64,000 nt of DNA from positions 19,839-83,838 of the forward strand of contig JBKECN010000055.1 of NCBI GenBank assembly GCA_047974565.1, written 5' to 3'. How positions within the stretch are numbered: the stretch's first letter is position 1; every line of letters begins with the position of its first letter. Below the pieces are notes generated by a model. It saw only the letters and a program-made list of their open reading frames with translations. It was not told the origin of the DNA and did no database searches. This DNA is from Actinomycetales bacterium. Its GTDB lineage: Bacteria; Actinomycetota; Actinomycetes; Actinomycetales; CAWJMD01. Positions 50,697 to 62,802 of the stretch are shown here, piece by piece. Made by a program: the position numbers and the translations under genes.

Positions 50697-52316
50697 ATGC
50701 GGGAACGGTTCTGGGGTCGATGGGCAGTCGTCGCGGTCGTCGCCCTCGCCATGTCAGTGTTGTCGGCCACGGGGTCGCATGCGGAGTCGGCGGGCCTGAG
50801 TCCCGAAACTGCCCGGACGATCGATCTGCCGGGGGTGCTGCGCAGCCCGATTCCCAACCCCTCCGACGAGGCTCCCGAGGCCACTGACCCGGCCGCCCGG
50901 CTCGCGGCAGACACCTGTGACGGCGGAGTACCGATCTACGGCGCTCTGTGGGTGCGCTACACCGCCACAGCGGACGTCCGATTCCTGGCAAACGCCATGC
51001 AGTACACCTACTCCAGCCGTCACTCCGGGCTCGCCGTGCTGAACTCCACTCTCACCCAGGTGGTCACCTGCGCTCGCCCAACAGCGGATGGAGGGGACCG
51101 GATGCGCACCGACCCGCTGGAGCTCTCGGCCGGAGAGACGGTCTACTTCCTGCACTACGTGCGCGTTCCGTTCGCCGGCGACGGGGCTCAGTTGTACCTC
51201 ACGCCAACCACGATCCCGCAGCCGAACGACTTGCGTGCCAACGCGTCGGTGATCGACTCGGTACCCTTCGCGGCTGACTTCGACTCGACCCAGACGGTGG
51301 CAGGCGTCGAGAACGACTGTGACCAAGAGTACGACCTGCCCACGCACGACCTGTGGTGGTCGTTTACGCCGACCCAGGCGGGCACATACCGGGCGACCAC
51401 CACACCCACCTATCCAGGGTTCGGCTCGTGGGGATCACAGTTCTTCGACCTGTCCGGCGCCTGCGTGAACCCGAGCCGCTACAACACCGCCGACTTGCAG
51501 GCGGGCCAGACCTATCTGGTCCGGGTTGCCGGCTACGAAGGGCACGGAGGTTACGACTTCGTCGTCACCGGACTCGGCACCCTGCACGTCGAGCAACTAG
51601 ACAGCACCCCACCCGTGTGGACCAAGTTGCCCACGACTGCCATCCCGCTGGGGGCCACGTTGTCGACGGTGCCCTCGCCGTGCGAGAACGGCGTACGGAA
51701 CTCCTCGATCCCCGTCGACATCTATTACCGAGCCGAGGATCCCGAGTCGGGGGTGGCCAACTATGGCCCGGTCCTCGGCACCCGTACCCGTGATACCGCG
51801 GTGGCCGTGGAAAACGAAACGGCCTGCGGCGGGACACGCACCATGCGCGGGTACGTGGCGGTCAACGGCAGCGGTTACTACTCGACGGTGGCCCGCTGGC
51901 AGCCCTCACGGCTCGCGGTGGTCGAACAGGTGAATATGACGAGATCGGGTCGTTGGTCAACGGTGAACTGTGCCTGCTTCTCGGACGGTACGTCGTGGCG
52001 CAGTACCACGGCGGGGGCCTCGCTGAAGTACCGGGTACCGGCCTACTTGGTGAACGAAGGCGGAACCGTGATCAACGCCTCCGGCTATTCAATCGGTTTG
52101 GTGGCGGCGCGTGGTCCGCTGCGGGGGAAGGCAGCGATCTACCTCGACGGCACCCACGTCGCCATCATCGACACCTACGCCGAGTCCAACATCAACTCCA
52201 CCGTCGTGTGGCGGCAGGCAGTCGCTCCCGGTGCACACACGCTCACCGTGGTGAACCTGGCCACTGACGGACGGCCGCGTCTCGACGTGGACGCGGTCAC
52301 GCTGCTCGCCAAGTAA
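50697..52316 (+). CDS. secreted protein of unknown function
   Basis: 539-aa ORF with an N-terminal signal peptide (WAVVAVVALAMSVLSATGSHA-ES). High GC3. I recognise no catalytic motif. Confidence 0.7.
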   Translation: MRERFWGRWAVVAVVALAMSVLSATGSHAESAGLSPETARTIDLPGVLRSPIPNPSDEAPEATDPAARLAADTCDGGVPIYGALWVRYTATADVRFLANAMQYTYSSRHSGLAVLNSTLTQVVTCARPTADGGDRMRTDPLELSAGETVYFLHYVRVPFAGDGAQLYLTPTTIPQPNDLRANASVIDSVPFAADFDSTQTVAGVENDCDQEYDLPTHDLWWSFTPTQAGTYRATTTPTYPGFGSWGSQFFDLSGACVNPSRYNTADLQAGQTYLVRVAGYEGHGGYDFVVTGLGTLHVEQLDSTPPVWTKLPTTAIPLGATLSTVPSPCENGVRNSSIPVDIYYRAEDPESGVANYGPVLGTRTRDTAVAVENETACGGTRTMRGYVAVNGSGYYSTVARWQPSRLAVVEQVNMTRSGRWSTVNCACFSDGTSWRSTTAGASLKYRVPAYLVNEGGTVINASGYSIGLVAARGPLRGKAAIYLDGTHVAIIDTYAESNINSTVVWRQAVAPGAHTLTVVNLATDGRPRLDVDAVTLLAK

Positions 52317-52359
52317 CTCGCTCCCCACCTCGTCGGCCCTGGTCCGTGGCCGCCTGCGG

Positions 52360-53148
52360 TCAGGGCGTCAGAGCCCGACTCAGCAGGTCGACGACTCGGG
52401 GCCGGTCTCCGCTGACGATGAGCACCGCAGGATCGGCGCGCTTCCACAGGCTGAGCACCAGCTGGGTCCCGGTGCCCGATGCGGTCCCGGCGTGAGCTCC
52501 TGCCCCGAGATGCCACTGGTGTGCTGAGTCGTCACTGATCAGGGTGATCGAGTAGTCGGGCAACTCGAGTCGGCCCTCGTTCAGGCGCAGCCGCATCATC
52601 GTGTCGACCACTTCACTGACCGCGTCCGCAGCCAGCTCAGGGGAGATTGTCGGAGTCATTCCCAGCGTCAGCTCCGCATCCGCACGATGCACGACATTCT
52701 CCATGGCCTGGCGCCGGAGCCAGAAACCCAACGTTCGATTCTCTGGATCGAAAGACCATGCCGCAGTGGCGGTATCGCCGTCCAGGCGCCTCAGCAGGGC
52801 GGCGGCGCCAGACTCCAGCCAGTTCACCAGATCTCGATCGTGCGGCGGGCCGGAGTCGACGCCTCGCGGCGGCTCACCGGTGGCGATGGCGCTCTCGACC
52901 CGACGATGCACCTGACCCAGGTGCCGCACCAGGTCGCGCATTCGCCACTCGGGGCAGGTGGGCACGGGCAGGTCCAAGCGCGCGGTGTCGGCCTCCAGCA
53001 GGGTGACGATCCGGGCGACGTCGGCGGCGATGCAGCCACGATAGTGCCCGGCCGACAATCGCGTGTTCGGCGCCTCGCCGACCCGTGCGGACGGACTAGG
53101 AGCGGCGTTCGCTTGCCGGGTGTCCGCCCCTGAATCCGGTGGGCTCAT
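52360..53148 (-). CDS. maleylpyruvate isomerase-family mycothiol-dependent enzyme (DinB/MDMPI_N, TIGR03083-like)
   Basis: Motif PTCPEWRMRDLVRHLGQVHRRV. ATGA overlap with the upstream PEBP gene. Confidence 0.7.
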   Translation of the reverse strand: MSPPDSGADTRQANAAPSPSARVGEAPNTRLSAGHYRGCIAADVARIVTLLEADTARLDLPVPTCPEWRMRDLVRHLGQVHRRVESAIATGEPPRGVDSGPPHDRDLVNWLESGAAALLRRLDGDTATAAWSFDPENRTLGFWLRRQAMENVVHRADAELTLGMTPTISPELAADAVSEVVDTMMRLRLNEGRLELPDYSITLISDDSAHQWHLGAGAHAGTASGTGTQLVLSLWKRADPAVLIVSGDRPRVVDLLSRALTP

Positions 53149-53681
53149 CCGGCGGGCTCGGCGTACGTGGCGTGGACCACCGCGCGGGCAATGGCCTTGA
53201 AGGCGAGGTTGAACGAGACCACCGCCAGGCTGGCGCCTGCGTCAACCCCGAGGCTCTCCTGACCCACAGCGTGCACCACGAAGTAGTAGCGGTGGGCGAC
53301 GTCCCCCGGCGGTGGGCCGGCGCCCTCGAAGGCGAGCGCACCTCCGTCCGAACGGACGTGGAAGGCGCCCGCCGGAAGACCGGCTCCGGCGGATCCGGCA
53401 CCGGTGTCGAGACTGGTCACGTCGGCGGGCAGATCGATCAGGCCCCAGTGCCAGTAGCCGGACGGTGTGGGAGCGTCCGGGTCGTAACACGTCACCACGA
53501 AACTCTTCGTTTCGGCGGGGAATCCGCTCCAGGACAACTGCGGAGAGGTGTTGCCCTTGGCGGCCACATGCAGGTCGGCCAGGGTGCCGCCGTCACTCAG
53601 GTCCGTGCTCGTGACGGTGAAGGACGGCAACTGCGGCATCCGCTCGTAGGGATCCGGGGGCAGGGGACGCTCGAGGCTCAT
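53145..53681 (-). CDS. YbhB/YbcL-family PEBP (Raf kinase inhibitor-like) protein
   Basis: Motif CYDPDAPTPSGYWHWGLIDLP. 178 aa. Confidence 0.85.
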   Translation of the reverse strand: MSLERPLPPDPYERMPQLPSFTVTSTDLSDGGTLADLHVAAKGNTSPQLSWSGFPAETKSFVVTCYDPDAPTPSGYWHWGLIDLPADVTSLDTGAGSAGAGLPAGAFHVRSDGGALAFEGAGPPPGDVAHRYYFVVHAVGQESLGVDAGASLAVVSFNLAFKAIARAVVHATYAEPAG

Positions 53682-53748
53682 GAACCGACCCTACTCGTCA
53701 CCGTGCTGGGCCGCAGCGGCCGGGCTTTCCGGCCCGATGGCCGCCGCG

Positions 53749-55149
53749 TCAGTGGTGGAACGAGGCCGTCGCGCGGTACGGCATGGGGCTCTCCAGCCGA
53801 TCGAGGAAATCGACCTCCGCCTGCAGATCGGCGAGGAACTCCCTGGCCAGATCGTGGCTGAAGCCGTTCCGCACGACGATCCGTTGCACGGTCAGGTCAC
53901 TCATGTTCTGCGGCATCGGATAAGCCGGCACCAGCCATCCCTTCATCCGCAGTCGATCGCTGAGCTGATAGAGATCCCACAGGTCGGTGTGGCCCTGTTT
54001 CAGGCTCCACGCGAACACGGGGATGTCCGAGCCGTCGTTCCAGAGTTCGAAGGCGTCCATCCGCCCGATCTCGTCCGCCAGGTACCTGGCCACGTCGTGC
54101 GAGGTCTGCTGGACCCGGGTGAAGCCTTCATGTCCGAGCCGCAGGAACAGGTAGTACTGCAAAAGCACCTGGGCGCCCGGCCGGGAGAAGCTCAGCGCCA
54201 GAGTGGGCATCGACCCGCCCAGGTACGACACCGTGAAGATCAGATCCTCGGGCAGGGCCGCGCGATCCCGCCAGACGATCCAGCCCAGACCCGGATAGAC
54301 GAGTCCGTACTTGTGTCCGGAGGTGTTGATCGACACCACCCGGTCGACCCGGAAGTCCCAGGCCAGGTCGGGTTGGATGAAGGGCGCGATCATCGCACCG
54401 GATGCCCCGTCCACGTGGATCTTCACGTCCAGTCCGGTGTCCTGCTGGATCTCATCGAGAGCGCGGGCGATCTGTTCGACCGGCTCGTACATCCCGGTGT
54501 ACGTGACCCCCATGATGGCCACCACACCGATCGTGTTCTCGTCGACGTAGGTGGCCAGGTCGTGCCCGTCGAGCACCTTGTGATCGGAACTGATCGGCAC
54601 CTGGCGCGCCTCGACGTCCCAGTAGTTGCAGAACTTCTCCCAACAGACCTGCACCGCACTGGACATCACCAGGTTGGGCCGGTCGGTGGGTTTGCCCTCG
54701 GCGCGACGCCGCTGCTGCCAGGCCCGCTTGAGCGCCAACCCGCCGAGCATCGCCGCCTCCGACGAGCCGATCGTCGACGTGCCGATGCAGTCCTGCCGGT
54801 CGGGGACATTCCACAGATCCGCGAGCATGTGCCAGCAACGCTCTTCGATGGCCGCGGTCCTGGGGTACTCGTCCTTGTCGATCATGTTCTTGTCGACGCT
54901 TTCCAGGTACAGCCGGTTGGCCTGGTCGTCCATCCAGGTCCCGACGAAGGTCGCCAGGTTCAGCCGGGCGTTCCCGTCGAGCATCGCCTCGTCGTGCACG
55001 ATCTGATAGGCGGTCGACGGCAGATTCTCCTCGGCCGGAAAGCGATCGCGGGTGAAGCAGGTGGCCTCGCCGGGGCGCGCGAACAGGGGATTGAGTTCGC
55101 TGACCGCGGCCTCGCTGCGCGGTTCCTCGGGGGTGTCCTTCGCGGTCAC
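53749..55149 (-). CDS. gad: glutamate decarboxylase (PLP-dependent)
   Basis: The ORF is 53749-55440. The GTG at 55149 has GAGGAGG 6-7 nt upstream and gives a typical ~466-aa length. PLP lysine motif SINTSGHKYGLVYPGLG. Confidence 0.88.
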   Translation of the reverse strand: MTAKDTPEEPRSEAAVSELNPLFARPGEATCFTRDRFPAEENLPSTAYQIVHDEAMLDGNARLNLATFVGTWMDDQANRLYLESVDKNMIDKDEYPRTAAIEERCWHMLADLWNVPDRQDCIGTSTIGSSEAAMLGGLALKRAWQQRRRAEGKPTDRPNLVMSSAVQVCWEKFCNYWDVEARQVPISSDHKVLDGHDLATYVDENTIGVVAIMGVTYTGMYEPVEQIARALDEIQQDTGLDVKIHVDGASGAMIAPFIQPDLAWDFRVDRVVSINTSGHKYGLVYPGLGWIVWRDRAALPEDLIFTVSYLGGSMPTLALSFSRPGAQVLLQYYLFLRLGHEGFTRVQQTSHDVARYLADEIGRMDAFELWNDGSDIPVFAWSLKQGHTDLWDLYQLSDRLRMKGWLVPAYPMPQNMSDLTVQRIVVRNGFSHDLAREFLADLQAEVDFLDRLESPMPYRATASFHH

Positions 55150-55554
55150 GCCGAGCCTCCTCGTCGTCGGTCTTCGCGTCGGCCCGCCCCTACCGGGCAG
55201 GACGGGGCGTCCGGTCACGTGAGTGTCGGCCATGGCGGCCGACCAAGTATGAATCGACCCTAATGGTCGGGGGTGCCTGTGGGGTCGGCCGGGCTCCAGC
55301 GGCATCGCACGGGAGTGCCGAGCCCACGGGCGTGCGCCTCGGACCAGATCGACGGCGACACGAGCCACCATGCCGGTATTGGGTAGTTCTAGTGTGATTG
55401 GGCAGGTCCATTCTCGTTGGGTGTGTCTGTTCCTTCCCATCCTGCGCGCTGGAGGCCGCCGGTTTGTGGGCGTCCGCCTCGTGGGGAGGTGACGACGTGC
55501 CCGCGGCCGTTTCCACGTTGTGCGCGGCCACCGAACTTCAAGGGAGGCACTGCC

Positions 55555-58113
55555 TTGTCCGATTGGCCACTGGGTTCCAGTTCATCCTTCGACGACATCT
55601 TCGATCGCTTCTTCGGCTCGGTGCGCCCGGCCGGCACGCCGGTGCAGCGGGTCGACCTGTCCCGGCTGCTCACCGACGGTGCCAAGCGGGAACTCGCTGT
55701 GGCCTCCCAGGCGGCCGCCGAACGAGGCAACGTGGAGATCACTCCCGAGCACCTGGTGTACGCGATCGCCAGCCAGGAGCCGGGACGCACCATGCTCGCC
55801 GACCTGGGCATCCAGCCCGACGCGGTGGCCGCCCAGATGATGCAGGTGATCGAGTCGATGCCCACCCAGGACGGGGTCGAGCCGCGGATCGGGCCCCGGC
55901 TGCGGGCCGCCATCCGGGTCGCCCAGCAGCAGGCAGCCCAGTCCGGCGCCGGGTACATCAGCCCGCAACTGCTCCTGTACGGCATCGCCTCCAATGGTGA
56001 GAACCCCGCCGCCCAGGCGCTGACCGGCTCCACCATCGAGGCTCCTGCCGCCCAGGGCGACAAGGGCAGCGCCAGCACCACCCCGACCCTGGACGAGTTC
56101 GGCCGCGACCTCACCGCTCAGGCCCGCGCCGGCGACCTCGACCCGGTCGTCGGCCGCGAGGACGAGATCGCCGAGACCGTCGAGATCCTGTCCCGACGCC
56201 GCAAGAACAATCCGGTGCTGATCGGCGACCCCGGTGTCGGCAAGACCGCGATCGTCGAGGGCATCGCCCAGCGCATCGTCAACGGGGATGTCGCCTCCTC
56301 GCTGGCCGACGCCCGGGTGATCGCCTTGGACCTGGGCGCGCTGGTGGCGGGCTCGAAGTATCGGGGAGAGTTCGAGGAACGCCTGAAGAAGGTGCTCGAC
56401 GAGGTCGAGGAGAACTCCGACAAGACCATCCTGTTCATCGACGAACTCCACACCGTGGTCGGTGCGGGGTCGGGCGGGGACAGCGCCATGGACGCCGGGA
56501 ATCTCCTCAAACCGGCCCTGGCCCGGGGCGCCTTGCACACGATCGGCGCCACCACCATCGATGAGTACCGCCGGTACATCGAGAAGGACGCAGCCCTGGA
56601 ACGGCGATTCCAACCGGTCCTGGTCAGCGAGCCGAGTGTCGATGACACGATCGAGATCCTGCGCGGCCTGATCGACGTGTACGAAGCACACCACGGCGTG
56701 ACCTACACCGATGAATCCCTCGTGGCGGCGGCCGAACTCTCCGACCGCTACATCACCGACCGGTTCATGCCCGACAAGGCCATCGACCTCGTCGACCAGG
56801 CCGGAGCCCGAACCCGGCTCAAGCACAAGACCCCTGACGCGGACACCAAGGCCGCCGAAGATGAACTGGCCAGACTCAACCGAGAGATCGACCGGGCAGT
56901 CGAGGAGGAGAACTTCGACGCGGCCTCGGCGATGAAGAAGGAGCGGGCCGCAGTACAAGCCCGACTGGAGGACCTCAAGGAGGAGCACACCCCGGTCGTC
57001 GACGTGGTGGACATCGCCGAGGTGGTCTCGCGCCGCACCGGCATCCCGGTGGCCGACCTCACCGTCGCCGAACGCACCCGGCTGCTCAAGCTGGAGGATC
57101 TGCTGCACGAGCGAGTGATCGGCCAGGGTGAGGCGGTCACCGCGGTGGCCGAGGCGGTGCGCCGCGGTCGAGCCGGTCTGGCGGACCCGAACCGGCCGCT
57201 GGGCTCCTTCCTCTTCCTCGGGCCCACCGGAGTCGGCAAGACCGAGCTGGCAAAAGCGTTGGCGGAAGCGGTCTTCGGCGACGAGGGCCGCATGATCCGG
57301 CTGGACATGAGCGAGTTCCAGGAGAAGCACACCGTCTCGCGCCTGGTCGGCGCCCCGCCCGGGTACATCGGGTATGACGACGCCGGACAGCTCACCGACA
57401 AGGTGCGTCGCCAGCCGTATTCGGTGGTGCTCTTCGACGAGGTCGAGAAGGCTCACCCGGACGTCTTCAACACGCTGCTGCAATTGCTCGACGACGGTCG
57501 GCTCACCGACGCCCAGGGCCGCACCGTGGACTTCACCCACACCATCGTCATCATGACCAGCAACATCGGCTCGGATCTGATCCTGCGTACCGACGGTGAT
57601 CTGGCCACGATCGAGCCGCAGATCATGCAGGCCCTGCGCAGCCACTTCCGGCCCGAGTTCCTCAACCGGATCGACCAGACGGTGATCTTCCACCGGCTGA
57701 CCAAGGACGAACTCCGCCAGATCGTCGACCTCATCCTCGCCGGCACTGCGCGCCTGCTGCACGCGCAGGGCGTTCGGCTGCAGGTCGGCGACGCGGCCAA
57801 GGACTGGCTCGTCGAGCAGGGTTTCGACCCGCAGTTCGGCGCCCGGCCGCTGCGGCGCACCATCCAGCGCGAACTCGACAACCGGCTCTCCAGGCTGCTG
57901 CTCGACGGCACCCTGGGCGAGGGCGACCAGGTGTGGGTGAGCGTGGCAGACGATGACCTGGAGTTGCAGGTCACGGGAGCCGACGCCAGCGACGACCGGG
58001 TCGTCACAGGTGACACGGACACGGTGGTCGACCTGGGGGATCACGAGCCCACGACCGAAGCGTCCGCATCGGCCGGGTCGGGATCGACCAAGAGTGCGGG
58101 CCCGCCCACGTGA
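55555..58113 (+). CDS. Clp/Hsp100 AAA+ ATPase with Clp_N repeats and a short ClpC-type middle region
   Basis: The ORF is 55417-58113. The TTG at 55555 follows AAGGGAGG. Two Walker A motifs ([26 protein letters not shown]). Confidence 0.88.
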   Translation: MSDWPLGSSSSFDDIFDRFFGSVRPAGTPVQRVDLSRLLTDGAKRELAVASQAAAERGNVEITPEHLVYAIASQEPGRTMLADLGIQPDAVAAQMMQVIESMPTQDGVEPRIGPRLRAAIRVAQQQAAQSGAGYISPQLLLYGIASNGENPAAQALTGSTIEAPAAQGDKGSASTTPTLDEFGRDLTAQARAGDLDPVVGREDEIAETVEILSRRRKNNPVLIGDPGVGKTAIVEGIAQRIVNGDVASSLADARVIALDLGALVAGSKYRGEFEERLKKVLDEVEENSDKTILFIDELHTVVGAGSGGDSAMDAGNLLKPALARGALHTIGATTIDEYRRYIEKDAALERRFQPVLVSEPSVDDTIEILRGLIDVYEAHHGVTYTDESLVAAAELSDRYITDRFMPDKAIDLVDQAGARTRLKHKTPDADTKAAEDELARLNREIDRAVEEENFDAASAMKKERAAVQARLEDLKEEHTPVVDVVDIAEVVSRRTGIPVADLTVAERTRLLKLEDLLHERVIGQGEAVTAVAEAVRRGRAGLADPNRPLGSFLFLGPTGVGKTELAKALAEAVFGDEGRMIRLDMSEFQEKHTVSRLVGAPPGYIGYDDAGQLTDKVRRQPYSVVLFDEVEKAHPDVFNTLLQLLDDGRLTDAQGRTVDFTHTIVIMTSNIGSDLILRTDGDLATIEPQIMQALRSHFRPEFLNRIDQTVIFHRLTKDELRQIVDLILAGTARLLHAQGVRLQVGDAAKDWLVEQGFDPQFGARPLRRTIQRELDNRLSRLLLDGTLGEGDQVWVSVADDDLELQVTGADASDDRVVTGDTDTVVDLGDHEPTTEASASAGSGSTKSAGPPT

Positions 58114-58252
58114 GACCGTTCACCGACGGCCGCGACACCTTCGGTGCGAGCGCGAGAGCGCCCCTGCGAGCACCGCAAACTGTCACTGCCGGAAACGATC
58201 TCGTGGTCAGAAACGGGCAACAGCGGGCTGGACGGTGACCTACGCTCAGCCT

Positions 58253-58597
58253 GTGACAGAGCACCTCACCATCTTCGAACCGGACGATGACCAGGACACC
58301 TACACCCTCTACATGCCGGCCGATGTGCCGGGGGACGTGCACGTGGAGGAGTCCGGCCATCTGCCCAACGGGTACTTCTGGGAGGGCGTGCTCGACTACC
58401 TGGTGCAGACCACGGAGCCCGGCCTGGGCGAGCGCTATGAGACAGACTCCGAGGCGGACACCTTCGTCGTGGAGAGCTCGGATCGCGACGTGGTCGAACG
58501 GCTCGCCGCCCTCCTGGCGCCCTACGTGTCGGGCAACGCGGACGTCGTCGCCTTGGTGGCCGCGGCAGAGGCCGACGGGTACGAGTTCGACGATTGA
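58253..58597 (+). CDS. small acidic hypothetical protein
   Basis: The C-terminal 114 aa of ORF 57953-58597 are Asp/Glu-rich with high GC3. The GTG at 58253 lacks an obvious RBS, so the start is uncertain. Confidence 0.45.
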   Translation: MTEHLTIFEPDDDQDTYTLYMPADVPGDVHVEESGHLPNGYFWEGVLDYLVQTTEPGLGERYETDSEADTFVVESSDRDVVERLAALLAPYVSGNADVVALVAAAEADGYEFDD

Positions 58598-58727
58598 GCA
58601 ACGACGCCGGCGACCTCTCGGGCCGGAACGCCTCGCGAGTCAGACCCGACTGTCGAGCCTGAATGTCCACGATGCGGGACGCAGCATCCCGCAAGTTGAC
58701 ACGGGCGAGGCAGCAGGCGAGGCTTTC

Positions 58728-58781
58728 ATGGTGCCCAGAATCAGGACCAACCACGTCCTCGTACTTGGCCGGCGCGCGTAG
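58728..58781 (+). CDS. ilvB leader peptide (17 aa, MVPRIRTNHVLVLGRRA)
   Basis: ATG at 58728 follows GGCGAGG. It has a run of branched-chain codons (V-L-V-L plus I and V). It is followed 26 nt later by an intrinsic terminator and lies upstream of ilvBNC. Confidence 0.65.
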   Translation: MVPRIRTNHVLVLGRRA

Positions 58782-58806
58782 CCGGTTGAACACTGGCACG
58801 CGCGCA

Positions 58807-58841
58807 GCCCCTCCGAGCCCACCAGGCCCGAGGGGTTTTTT
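58807..58841 (+). terminator. attenuator terminator: CCCCTC...GAGGGG stem (with inner GCC/GGC pairs) followed by TTTTTT
   Basis: Stem arms are at 58808-58813 and 58830-58835, with a T6 run at 58836-58841. This is the only clear stem-plus-U-tract terminator I saw in the window. Confidence 0.7.
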
Positions 58842-59240
58842 CATGCCGACCCCGGCATGGCTGCCCGACCCGAGCCGGTGCGGCATCCCGTTCGCGGGCT
58901 GCGGCACCGGCCGGGTCCGAGGGGGCCGCGACGCGGTATAGCGTCATGGTCGAGAATCGAGCGGCGACCGGACCGTCCCGCGCGGTCTCGGGCTCCTCGG
59001 GGCCGGGCAGCCCGGTGGCCCTGAGGCTGCGGGGATCCGCCAGCCCCCGGAGAACGAGAGCAGCACGCACGAGTAGCGCAGGAGACAACACCGCAGTTCG
59101 ACAGCAGCACCACGATCCTCGACCGGCAGTGGCTGAGCAGACCGGCAGCAGACGAGCACCACGGACAGCATGAGCACCACAGGTACGAGCACCAGAACAG
59201 ACTGCGCAGACCAGGCAGTCGAACGAGACAGGAGCATGTG

Positions 59241-61091
59241 ATGGCGAGCACGTCGTCCGACGCCACGCCCCGTCCGGGCCCGAACCGCCCGGCGCCCCGC
59301 GCGGGCTTGCCCGAGCCCGAGGTGATGACCGGAGCGCAGAGTCTGGTCAGGTCGTTGGAGCAGGTCGGGGTCGACGTCGTCTTCGGCATCCCCGGCGGCG
59401 CGATCCTGCCCGCCTACGACCCGCTGCTGGACAGCGAGAAGGTGCGTCACATCCTCGTCCGGCACGAGCAGGGCGCCGGGCACGCCGCCCAGGGCTACGC
59501 CCAGGCCACCGGCCGGGTCGGGGTGTGCATGGCCACGTCAGGCCCGGGTGCGACGAACCTCGTCACCCCGATCGCCGACGCCTATATGGACTCGGTGCCG
59601 ATGGTCGCCATCACCGGTCAGGTCGCCTCGACCTCGATCGGCACCGACGCCTTCCAAGAGGCCGACATCGCGGGCATCACCATCCCGGTCACCAAGCACA
59701 ACTACCTCGTCACCGACGCCGCCGAGATTCCCCGGGCGATCGCCGAGGCCTTCCACATCGCCGCCACCGGCCGGCCCGGCCCCGTCCTGGTCGACATCGC
59801 CAAGGACGCGCTGCAGGCCAAGACCACTTTCGTGTGGCCGGAGCGGCTCGACCTGCCCGGCTACCGCCCGGTCACCCGCCCGCACGGCAAGCAGGTGCGC
59901 GAGGCCGCCCGGTTGCTGGTGAGTTCACGACGTCCGGTGCTGTACGTCGGCGGGGGAGTGATCAAGGCCGAGGCCAGCGACGAACTGCGGGACCTCGTCG
60001 ACCTCACCGGCGTGCCCGTGGTCACCACCCTGATGGCCCGCGGCGCCCTGCCCGACTCGCACCCCTCCCACCTGGGCATGCCCGGCATGCATGGCACCGT
60101 GGCGGCAGTGACCGCGCTGCAGAAGGCCGACCTCATCGTCAGCCTCGGAGCCCGGTTCGACGACCGGGTCACCGGCAAGCTGTCCACCTTCGCCCCCGGC
60201 GCCACCATCGTCCACGCCGACATCGACCCGGCCGAGATCGGCAAGAACCGGCACACCGACGTGCCCATCGTCGGCGACGCCAAGGAGGTCATCGGCGACC
60301 TCGTGGTGGCCGTGCGGTCCGAGCACGAGTCCGGGCGCACCGCCCGGCTCGAGCAGTGGTGGAAGTTCCTCGACGACATCCGCAGCACCTACCCGCTCGG
60401 ATACACCGACACCGAGGACGGCTTCCTGTCGCCGCAGTACGTCATCGAACGGCTCGGCGCGCTCGCCGGCCCGGAGGCCATCTATGTCGCGGGCGTGGGC
60501 CAGCACCAGATGTGGGCGGCGCAGTTCGTCGGATACGCACGTCCCCGGTCGTGGATCAACTCCGGCGGCCTCGGCACGATGGGCTTCGCGGTCCCGGCCG
60601 CGATGGGCGCCAAGGTGGGCGACCCGGGCCGGGTGGTGTGGGCGATCGACGGCGACGGCTGCTTCCAGATGACCAACCAGGAGTTGGCCACCTGCGCGAT
60701 CGAGGGCATCCCGGTCAAGATCGCCGTGATCAACAACTCGAGCCTGGGCATGGTGCGGCAGTGGCAGACCCTGTTCTACGAGGGCCGCTACTCCAACACC
60801 GATCTGTCCACCGGCACCGGGGTGGAGGCGCACCTGCGGATCCCCGACTTCGTCAAGCTGGCCGAGGCCTACGGCTGCGCCGGGCTGCGGTGTGAGCGGG
60901 CCGAGGACGTCGACGCCGTCATCGAGCAGGCGATGGCGATCAACGATCGCCCGGTCGTGGTGGATTTCCTGGTCAGCCGGGATGCCATGGTGTGGCCGAT
61001 GGTTCCGGCCGGAGTGAGCAACGACGACATCCAGGTGGCGCGCGGCATGTCGCCGGTCTGGGACAGAGATGAGGAGGCAAGCAGCCAGTGA
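59241..61091 (+). CDS. ilvB: acetolactate synthase large subunit
   Basis: The ORF starts at 59238. The ATG at 59241 has AGGAG 6 nt upstream. TPP motif [17 protein letters not shown] and N-terminal [25 protein letters not shown]. Confidence 0.93.
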   Translation: MASTSSDATPRPGPNRPAPRAGLPEPEVMTGAQSLVRSLEQVGVDVVFGIPGGAILPAYDPLLDSEKVRHILVRHEQGAGHAAQGYAQATGRVGVCMATSGPGATNLVTPIADAYMDSVPMVAITGQVASTSIGTDAFQEADIAGITIPVTKHNYLVTDAAEIPRAIAEAFHIAATGRPGPVLVDIAKDALQAKTTFVWPERLDLPGYRPVTRPHGKQVREAARLLVSSRRPVLYVGGGVIKAEASDELRDLVDLTGVPVVTTLMARGALPDSHPSHLGMPGMHGTVAAVTALQKADLIVSLGARFDDRVTGKLSTFAPGATIVHADIDPAEIGKNRHTDVPIVGDAKEVIGDLVVAVRSEHESGRTARLEQWWKFLDDIRSTYPLGYTDTEDGFLSPQYVIERLGALAGPEAIYVAGVGQHQMWAAQFVGYARPRSWINSGGLGTMGFAVPAAMGAKVGDPGRVVWAIDGDGCFQMTNQELATCAIEGIPVKIAVINNSSLGMVRQWQTLFYEGRYSNTDLSTGTGVEAHLRIPDFVKLAEAYGCAGLRCERAEDVDAVIEQAMAINDRPVVVDFLVSRDAMVWPMVPAGVSNDDIQVARGMSPVWDRDEEASSQ

Positions 61092-61597
61092 GTCGCCACA
61101 CCCTGAGTGTGCTCGTGGAGAACCGGCCCGGTGTGCTCACCCGAGCCGCCGGCCTGTTCGCCCGGCGCAACTTCAACATCCACTCCCTCGCGGTGGGGCC
61201 CACCGAGCACCCCGAGGTGTCCCGGATGACCGTGGTCGTCGAGGTCGAGGGGCTGCCACTGGAGCAGGTGACCAAGCAACTCAACAAGCTCGTCAACGTG
61301 CTCAAGGTCGCCGAGTTGGAGCAGCCGGCCTCGGTGCAGCGCGAGCTCATCCTGGTCAAGGTGCGGGCCGAGGGCGCTCAGCGCTCGGCGGTGCTGGAGA
61401 TCGTCCAGTTGTTCCGGGCCAAGGTGGTCGACGTGGCCACCGAGTCGGTGACCATCGAAGCCACCGGCGACTCGGACAAGATCGACGCGCTGCTGCGCGT
61501 GCTGGAGCCCTACGGCATCCGCGAACTGGTCAAGTCGGGGATGGTGGCGCTCGGACGTGGCCCCCGCTCGATGACCGACCGGTCCGCCCGCTCCTGA
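61088..61597 (+). CDS. ilvN: acetolactate synthase small (regulatory) subunit
   Basis: GTGA overlap with ilvB. ACT-domain N-terminus [28 protein letters not shown]. Confidence 0.92.
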   Translation: MSRHTLSVLVENRPGVLTRAAGLFARRNFNIHSLAVGPTEHPEVSRMTVVVEVEGLPLEQVTKQLNKLVNVLKVAELEQPASVQRELILVKVRAEGAQRSAVLEIVQLFRAKVVDVATESVTIEATGDSDKIDALLRVLEPYGIRELVKSGMVALGRGPRSMTDRSARS

Positions 61598-62719
<1,122 letters not shown>

Positions 62720-62764
62720 CAGCTCACGTGGTGGCGTCGTCGTCACCGGCATTCGTTGCCCAGT

Positions 62765-62802
62765 TCGATGCCCAGGCGCGCGCCGGCGTGCCTGGGCATC
62801 GA
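62765..62802 (+). terminator. 13-bp perfect stem hairpin TCGATGCCCAGGC-N12-GCCTGGGCATCGA after ilvC
   Basis: Read directly from the sequence, 46 nt after the ilvC stop. It has no strong U-tract. Confidence 0.55.

Noticed and set aside
55150-55554. Heat-shock operators (HAIR CTTGAGT-N7-ACTCAAG, CIRCE, ClgR box) upstream of the Clp ATPase, and the long N-terminal extensions of the gad (to 55440) and clp (from 55417) ORFs.
   Set aside because: I found no match to those consensus sequences by eye, only an isolated CTTCAAG. The ORF extensions lack RBSs and look non-coding, and would make the two divergent genes overlap. RBS-supported starts exist at 55149 and 55555.
59170-59241. The 23-codon uORF as the branched-chain amino acid attenuation leader of ilvB.
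   Set aside because: It contains only two Val and no Ile/Leu, has weak RBS and low GC3, and no terminator follows it. The ORF at 58728-58781 fits the leader model much better.
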